Positions 58,017 through 64,000 of a stretch of DNA of 64,000 nucleotides are shown piece after piece. The position numbers were made by a program, and so were the translations under genes. Every line of letters starts with the position of its first letter. The stretch's first letter is position 1. The notes beneath the pieces are model-generated. The model made no database searches, was not told where the DNA came from, and saw only the letters and a list, made by a program, of their open reading frames with translations. The stretch lies in NCBI GenBank assembly GCA_965203905.1, contig CBDBDQ010000005.1, forward strand, positions 7,264,001-7,328,000, given 5' to 3'. Origin of the DNA: Spirochaetia bacterium (GTDB lineage Bacteria > Spirochaetota > Spirochaetia > SZUA-6 > Bin103).

Positions 58017-59684
58017 ATGGAACACGACACGAGGACGACCGCGCCCCAGGCCACGGCACGAGCCGCGGTCGAGTGGGCTGAGCCCACGGCGACCGAGCTG
58101 CCCGCGGGCGCGGTCGCTGCGGCTAAGCCCGCTCACGGGACGCCGGTGGAGAGTTGCGTTGCGACGTCGCCCACTGCCGTGGACGCGGCGCCGCCGGAAG
58201 CTGCCGAGCCACCCGACCTGGACCAGCTCGGTGACCAGATAGCCGCGCTGTCGGCACGCATCGACGCCGCCACCTACGAGCTGCTGTGCCACCTGCACCG
58301 TTTCGACCGCCACCACGGCTGGGAGGGCTTCCGGTCCTGCGCCCACTGGCTCAACTGGCGCACGGGCCTCGATCTCGGCGCCGCCCGCGAAAAGCTGCGC
58401 GTGGCCGCCGCGCTGGCCGACCTGAACCACATCGCTGCGGCGCTGGCGTGCGGGCAACTCTCCTACTCGAAGGTGCGTGCGCTGACCCGGATCGCCACGC
58501 CGGGCACCGAAGCGCGGCTACTGGCTGTGGCCTTGAGTTCCACCGCGGCGCAGGTGGAGCGGCTGGTGCGGGGGTGGCGGCAGGCGGACCGCGAGGCGCA
58601 GCCCGATGCCGAGCAGGTGCGCTTGGCCAGCCGCGGTCTGAGGATGGAGGTGGACGAGAAGGGGATGGTCGTGGTGCGCGGGCGACTGACGCCGGAGGTT
58701 GGCGCGGTGCTGCTGCGCGCGGTGGAGGCGGCGCTGGAGCAGGTGCCCGCGCCCGCCGAGGGCGAGCAGGCGACGTTGGCGCAGCGGCGGGCGGATGCGC
58801 TGGGGCTGGTGGCGGAGAGTGCGCTGGCCGGCGGGCTCGATCCGGGCAGCGCCGGCGACCGGTTCCAGGTGACGGTGCACGTGCCAGCGGAAGCGCTCGC
58901 CTCCCGCGAACCGGCCACTGCGGCCCCCGGCGCAATTTCCGCGGAAACGCGCGCCGCGAGCCAGGCGGCAGCGGAAGCGACCGTTCCGGCGCCGCCGTAC
59001 GGGCAGCAGGTCGCCGGACGCGCCGCGGCCGGAGGAGCGGCCGGCGCTCTGCAGCGCGTTTCCGCGGAAGGGTGCGAGCTCGGCGTGGTGGCGCCGGAGC
59101 CTCCGGGACCGGCAACCGACCGCGACGCCGGTCAGGCGGTGATCGAGCAGGCCGGCGGACTTCACGTCGGCCGCGACGCGGTGCGCCGCGTGGCCTGCGA
59201 TTCCGGCCTGGTGGTGCTGGGCCATGGCTCCGACGGCGAGGTGCTCGACGCCGGCCGCAGGACCCGTACCGTCCCCACCGCCCTGCGCCGCGTCCTGCAG
59301 GACCGCGATCGTAACCAGTGCCAGTTCCCCGGCTGCGAGAGCCGCCACTGCGACGCCGATCACGTCGTGCACTGGGCCGACGGTGGCGAGACTCGGCTGA
59401 GCAATCTGGTTTTGTGCTGTCGTTTCCATCACCGCGCCCTGCACGAAGAGGGCTTCCGGGTGGTGGCGACCGATGACGGCCGGTTCCAGTTCCTGCGCCC
59501 GGACGGGGTGCCGCTGCCGGCGGTGCCGGCGGCGGCGCGCTGGGCGGGGGCGCCGCGGGCGCCGACCGATGCACGGCTGGAGGCGGCCGGGATCAGCATC
59601 GGTCCGCATACCGCGACGCCCGAGTGGTACGGGGAACCGCTGGAGCTGGCGGCCGCGCTCGACGTCCTGTGGGAGCCCCCGTAG
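58017..59684 (+). CDS. DUF222 (13E12-repeat) domain + HNH endonuclease
   Basis: GFRSCAHWLNWRTG, GQLSYSKVRALTR, RRVACD, RDRNQCQFPGC...DHVVHWADGGET.LSNLVLCCRFHH. Confidence 0.9.
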   Translation: MEHDTRTTAPQATARAAVEWAEPTATELPAGAVAAAKPAHGTPVESCVATSPTAVDAAPPEAAEPPDLDQLGDQIAALSARIDAATYELLCHLHRFDRHHGWEGFRSCAHWLNWRTGLDLGAAREKLRVAAALADLNHIAAALACGQLSYSKVRALTRIATPGTEARLLAVALSSTAAQVERLVRGWRQADREAQPDAEQVRLASRGLRMEVDEKGMVVVRGRLTPEVGAVLLRAVEAALEQVPAPAEGEQATLAQRRADALGLVAESALAGGLDPGSAGDRFQVTVHVPAEALASREPATAAPGAISAETRAASQAAAEATVPAPPYGQQVAGRAAAGGAAGALQRVSAEGCELGVVAPEPPGPATDRDAGQAVIEQAGGLHVGRDAVRRVACDSGLVVLGHGSDGEVLDAGRRTRTVPTALRRVLQDRDRNQCQFPGCESRHCDADHVVHWADGGETRLSNLVLCCRFHHRALHEEGFRVVATDDGRFQFLRPDGVPLPAVPAAARWAGAPRAPTDARLEAAGISIGPHTATPEWYGEPLELAAALDVLWEPP

Positions 59685-59828
59685 CGGCGGTCCGGCGCAG
59701 CGCTGCCCGCGCACTGCCTGGGGCTTGTACCGGCGTGCCGCCCGACCCGCTCGAGTACGGATTCGCGGAAGTGCGTCAGTTTTGAAAATCCACCCTGTTG
59801 GCACTGCACGCCACGCGACGAGCTAACG

Positions 59829-60494
59829 TTACTCAATCCTTCTCCGCTCACGGTGGCGGTGAGCCCGGGGATCGAAGTTGTGGGCGTGTGCCCACATGCC
59901 GCGCTTCGCTTCACGCGCCCCCCGCTCGAGTTGTTTGTAGCGGTCATGGTAGGCGGCGATAGCAAGTCCTTCCCACACCATCCATTCACCGATGTCTCTG
60001 CCCTCGCAGGTCACAGTGCCGACTATCCGCCCGAACTTATCCACGCTCTCGACCGCCACACTGACATGCTTGCCGCCAATTTTCTGAATGAGCGCGCTCT
60101 TCACGCGCCTCCCGTGGTTGAACCAGTATCCGTCCTGATGTTTGGCCTTCTGATCCCATTCGGGCGCGTCGAGTCCGGCGAGGCGCACTTCCTTTCTGGC
60201 CACCCGTATCCCGTCGCCGTCGGTCACATACGCTTTGCCCGTGATCGTACGGGTAGGGCTCTCTACCCAGCGAGCGGGGAAGGCGGGTGTCTCGACCCGA
60301 TGCGCGGGGCGGAGCTGCGCTCCAGATGACCGGTAGTCCACGCGTCGCTGCTCTGGTCCTGTTCCGCTCGAATGCCCCTTTTTCTTCTGCCGGTGAGAAC
60401 GCTTCCCTGGGATGAGCAGGATGACGACAACGACAACGAGAGTAATCAACCACCACCACTTCGCGACCCATCCAGAGAACGCATCGAACAGCAT
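59829..60494 (-). CDS. Membrane-anchored thermonuclease (SNase family)
   Basis: N-terminal TM; VTDGDGI, VRLAGLDAPE, DKFGRIVG, AREAKRGMW. Confidence 0.9.
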   Translation of the reverse strand: MLFDAFSGWVAKWWWLITLVVVVVILLIPGKRSHRQKKKGHSSGTGPEQRRVDYRSSGAQLRPAHRVETPAFPARWVESPTRTITGKAYVTDGDGIRVARKEVRLAGLDAPEWDQKAKHQDGYWFNHGRRVKSALIQKIGGKHVSVAVESVDKFGRIVGTVTCEGRDIGEWMVWEGLAIAAYHDRYKQLERGAREAKRGMWAHAHNFDPRAHRHRERRRIE

Positions 60495-60713
60495 GTCCCT
60501 CGAATATCGGGGACATGGAGTGCTGGCTTTACGGGCACCACTATCCCTCGCCACCACGATCGGCGTCTCTGTCGTCCCTCCGGCTGGTCGCCAGCGGCGC
60601 TCGCTGGAAAAAAGCGATGCCGCTCGATGGAGGGGGCTGCTACCCAGGCTCTGATTTCAAACTGACGCACTTCCCAAGCTTGACTCTGTAAACGGGTCCG
60701 CTTATATCTCGGC

Positions 60714-61535
60714 ATGGAGCCGGAGCGACACGCCGAGGGATGCAACGTCCTGCAAGCCCACCGGTCGGGTGAGGCACTTGGGCGGGTTGCCGGCGCCGCC
60801 TCGCGGAGCAACGAGTTCGGCCAGCCGATCGGAATGCCGGTTGCCGGCTGGAAGCCACCGCCGGCTCCCGACCGCTCCATCCGAAGGGGACAGTACTGTC
60901 AGTTGGAGCCGCTGTGCGAGGAAGCGCACGGCCGTTCCCTGTTCGACGCCTTCGCCGCCGACGCGCGTGGGGTCAACTGGACCTACATGCCGTACGGGCC
61001 GTTCGCGGCGTACGCGGACTTCAGCCGCTGGCTGGGCTGGGCCTGTGAGGCGACCGATCCCCTGTTCTTCGCCGTGCTCGACGCGGCCCGCGGGAGGGCG
61101 GCGGGGTTTGCCTCGTATCTCAACATCGACCCGGCCAACGGCTCCATCGAGGTGGGTCACATCCACTTCTCCGAGGAGCTCAAGCGGACCCGCGCCGCCA
61201 CCGAGGCGATGTACCTGCTGATGAAGCACGCCTTCGATCTCGGCTATCGCCGCTACGAGTGGAAGTGCGACGCGCTCAACCGGCCGTCGCGCGCCGCGGC
61301 GCGGCGTCTCGGGTTCCGCTTCGAAGGGCTGTTCCGCAACGCCGTGGTCTACAACGGGCGCACCCGGGACAGCGCCTGGCACTCGATCGTCGACCGCGAG
61401 TGGCCGCGCCTGGACGCCGCCTTTCGCACCTGGCTGGCCGCGGCCAACTTCACCGCCGGCGGGCATCAGCGTCAGAGTCTGAGCACGCTCACCGCGCCGC
61501 ACTCCACCGACATCGTCGCGGTAGTCGGCGGCTAG
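60714..61535 (+). CDS. RimJ/RimL-type GNAT protein
   Basis: NEFGQPIG, IEVGHI, LGYRRYEWKCDALN, GRTRDSAW. Confidence 0.9.
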   Translation: MEPERHAEGCNVLQAHRSGEALGRVAGAASRSNEFGQPIGMPVAGWKPPPAPDRSIRRGQYCQLEPLCEEAHGRSLFDAFAADARGVNWTYMPYGPFAAYADFSRWLGWACEATDPLFFAVLDAARGRAAGFASYLNIDPANGSIEVGHIHFSEELKRTRAATEAMYLLMKHAFDLGYRRYEWKCDALNRPSRAAARRLGFRFEGLFRNAVVYNGRTRDSAWHSIVDREWPRLDAAFRTWLAAANFTAGGHQRQSLSTLTAPHSTDIVAVVGG

Positions 61536-61539
61536 CACG

Positions 61540-63396
61540 ATGGCATCCGAGTTCACCGCGGCTGCCGCCTCGGCGCCGCGCGCTACCCAATTCGATACCC
61601 GTTCCCCGGGACGCTGGATCGTGTCGCATCTGCGCTGCTATCCCGTGGTGTTCGTTCTCGCGATCGTGCTCCAGCTCACCTCCTGGTCGTTGTTCGCCTC
61701 GATGCCGGTGATGATCGGCCGCGCCGCGCAGGGGGTCATCGACGGCCTCGGCAGCCGCGAACTGCTGCTGGCGGCCCTCCGCCTGCTGGGCGTCATGGCC
61801 GGCAACTCCGCGGCGCTGATCGGCGTGATGGCATGCGCCGCCAGCCTCGGGCACCGCCTGCAGCGCGACGCCCGCGACGAGCTGTACCGCGGCCTGCTCG
61901 GCAAGAGTCAGACCTTTCACAACCGCCAGCGCATCGGCGACCTGGTGGCGCGCGCCACCGACGACACGCGCCTGGTCAACGAGATGATCAACCCCGCCCT
62001 CGTCTACCTCACCGACCTGCCGATCGGCTTCGTGGTGACGCTGACCTACGTGATCCTGATCGATCCGGTTCTGGCGCTCGTGCCGGCGCTCTACGGCCTG
62101 GCGTTTGCCGCCGCGGTGCGCGACCACATGCGCCGCGTGGGTCCGGCGCTGGCGGAACAGCGCACCCAGTACGGGCGCCTGGCCGCGGTGGCCGAAGAGG
62201 TGATCACCGGCATCGAGGTGGTCAAGGCCACCGTGCGCGAAGCCTGGGAGCAGCGGCGCTTCCGCGGCGCCGCCGGCGTGCTCCGCGACCTGATGGTGCG
62301 CCAGGGCAGGATCGAGGCGCTCAACGTGGCGTTGCTGGCGTTCGGCATCGCGACGGCGCTGGCGCTGCTGCACGGTATCGTGGTGCTGCACGCGGGCCGC
62401 ATCGAGCTGAGCGAGCTGATCGCCTTCGTCGGGCTGATGGCGCTGTTCCGCAACCCCAGCAACAAGGCGACCACGGTGTTCTCTCAGCTTCGCAACGGCG
62501 TCGCGGGGGCGCGCCGGATCCTTGCCCTGCTCACGGCGTCCACGGAGCTGGACCAGAACACCGGTGGCCACGAGGCCGCGATGCGCGGGGAAATCGCGTT
62601 CGAGCGGGCCTCCTTCGGCTACCACCGCGGACAGACGGTGCTGGCCGACGTCGACCTGCACATCGCCGCCGGCGAGACGGTCGCGCTGGTCGGCCAGACC
62701 GGATCCGCCAAGACCACCCTCACCCAGTTGGTGAACCGCACCTACGACCCCGGCGCCGGACGCATCGCCATCGACGGCGTCGACCTGCGCGACTGGAACC
62801 TGACCAGCCTGCGCTCACAGATCGCCACCATCGAGCAGGACGTGTTTCTGTTCTCCCTGTCGATCGCCGACAACATCGCCTTCGCCCGCCCCGGCGCCCG
62901 CCGGCAGGACCTGGAAGCCGCGGCCCGCGCTGCCGCCGCGCACGACTTCATCGAATCGTTCACCGACGGCTACGACACCATCATCGGCGAACGCGGCGTC
63001 ACCCTGTCCGGCGGCCAGCGCCAGCGCATCGCCCTGGCGCGCGCCTATCTGAAGGACCCGCGCATCCTGATCCTGGACGACTCCACCAGTGCCATCGACA
63101 GCGCCACCGAGGACGAGATCCAGCGCGCGCTCTACACCGTACAGCGGGGGCGCACCACGCTGCTCATCACCCACCGGCTGTCGCAGATCCGCTGGGCCGA
63201 CCGCGTACTGGTGCTCGACCGCGGCCGGGTGGTGGCCAACGGCCCGCACGACGAGCTGCTGGCCACCTCGGAGGTCTACCGCCGCATCTTCAGCCACTAC
63301 GAGATAGACCTGCCGCCGTTGCGCGGCCCGCGTCCCGGCGCGGCAACGCCCAAGGGAGGCGTCCCCGTGGGCGACGCAACCGGGAAGGCACGGTAG
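61540..63396 (+). CDS. Heterodimeric ABC exporter subunit 1
   Basis: TMD; GQTGSAKTT, LSGGQRQR, ILDDSTS. Confidence 0.9.
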   Translation: MASEFTAAAASAPRATQFDTRSPGRWIVSHLRCYPVVFVLAIVLQLTSWSLFASMPVMIGRAAQGVIDGLGSRELLLAALRLLGVMAGNSAALIGVMACAASLGHRLQRDARDELYRGLLGKSQTFHNRQRIGDLVARATDDTRLVNEMINPALVYLTDLPIGFVVTLTYVILIDPVLALVPALYGLAFAAAVRDHMRRVGPALAEQRTQYGRLAAVAEEVITGIEVVKATVREAWEQRRFRGAAGVLRDLMVRQGRIEALNVALLAFGIATALALLHGIVVLHAGRIELSELIAFVGLMALFRNPSNKATTVFSQLRNGVAGARRILALLTASTELDQNTGGHEAAMRGEIAFERASFGYHRGQTVLADVDLHIAAGETVALVGQTGSAKTTLTQLVNRTYDPGAGRIAIDGVDLRDWNLTSLRSQIATIEQDVFLFSLSIADNIAFARPGARRQDLEAAARAAAAHDFIESFTDGYDTIIGERGVTLSGGQRQRIALARAYLKDPRILILDDSTSAIDSATEDEIQRALYTVQRGRTTLLITHRLSQIRWADRVLVLDRGRVVANGPHDELLATSEVYRRIFSHYEIDLPPLRGPRPGAATPKGGVPVGDATGKAR

Positions 63397-64000
63397 TGCG
63401 CTCTCCCTACGACGGCCTCTCCGCCGAGGGATACGACCGCCGCTACCGCGACCGGGAGCTGGTTAACCGCATCCTCGGCTTCTTCCGCGCCGAACGCCGC
63501 GCCATGCTCATGGTGTCGACGGCGATCGTGGCCGGCTCGCTGATCGGGGCGGCGCTGCCCATCGTGTTGTCGCGCACCATCGACCAGGTGGCGACCGCGG
63601 GGTTCTCCCTCGGCGCCGTGGCCGTGGCCGTAGCGGCCATCCTGCTGTTGAGCCTGTCGGACTGGGGCTTCAGCGCCCTGGACCGGACCGTGGCCGCCCG
63701 TGCCGTGAGCAACGTGGTGCTGCGCCTGCGCCGCGCCGTCTTCGACGCGGTGCTCCGCCACGACCTCTCGTTCTTCGACCGCTACCCTACCGGCGGCATC
63801 GTCAGCCGCGTGCTGTCCGACACGCAGGCGTTCTCCGAAGTCGTGACCATGACCATCCAGGTGGTGAGCGAGGTGATCCTGACCGCGCTGATCTTCGCCT
63901 ACCTGTTCACCATCGACGTGCCGCTGACGCTGGTCGCGCTGCTCCTGGTGCCGGCGACCTGCTCCGTGGCGCTCGGATTCAGGCGCCTCTCCCGCCGCGT
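63396..64000 (+). CDS. Heterodimeric ABC exporter subunit 2 (3'-truncated by the window edge)
   Basis: GTG overlaps the preceding TAG; EGYDRRYRDRELVNRI, HDLSFFDRYPTGGIVSRV. Confidence 0.85.
   Translation, partial: MRSPYDGLSAEGYDRRYRDRELVNRILGFFRAERRAMLMVSTAIVAGSLIGAALPIVLSRTIDQVATAGFSLGAVAVAVAAILLLSLSDWGFSALDRTVAARAVSNVVLRLRRAVFDAVLRHDLSFFDRYPTGGIVSRVLSDTQAFSEVVTMTIQVVSEVILTALIFAYLFTIDVPLTLVALLLVPATCSVALGFRRLSRR

Noticed and set aside
59356-59366. Inactivated HNH site (DADH instead of DAHH)
   Set aside because: DH is a normal HNH active-site variant; the catalytic His, the Asn and the zinc Cys pairs are retained.

Overview
A GC-rich bacterial chromosome window. The non-lipoprotein A-x-G-x-x-E N-termini of its solute-binding proteins, plus two PhyH dioxygenases, suggest a Spirochaetota host, possibly sponge-associated; this is inference. 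From 1 to 29 kb lie sugar and Dpp-type ABC importers with novel catabolic enzymes: a cysteine hydrolase-NPCBM fusion, two large alpha/alpha-barrel proteins, two PhyH enzymes, an ADP-ribosylglycohydrolase and an MlrC peptidase. This stretch is interrupted by an HNH endonuclease gene and by an AlbA_2/Schlafen-ATPase plus AbrB-Doc islet. From 29 to 64 kb is an accessory detox/export region: two VOC proteins, five GNATs, a low-GC ClpP-fold protease islet, an ABC-F protein, VapBC, five ABC exporter systems, HAD/NUDIX/methyltransferase genes, a DUF222-HNH gene and a thermonuclease. No rRNA, tRNA, CRISPR array, integrase or transposase was recognised. Four signals stand out: (1) two gapless ~87-bp AT-rich sites (TACTTGAC-N60-TACTTGACGGGYACTTGA), each placed at the stop codon of a defence/TA unit, like cassette recombination sites; (2) two unrelated HNH genes that share upstream architecture and carry repeated in-frame DNA palindromes; (3) pervasive gene shards and internally collapsed genes (GH95, ParE, xylA, SDR, HigA, ABC); (4) a low-GC protease islet with a small downstream ORF. 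All family calls come from motif recognition by eye, not database searches.
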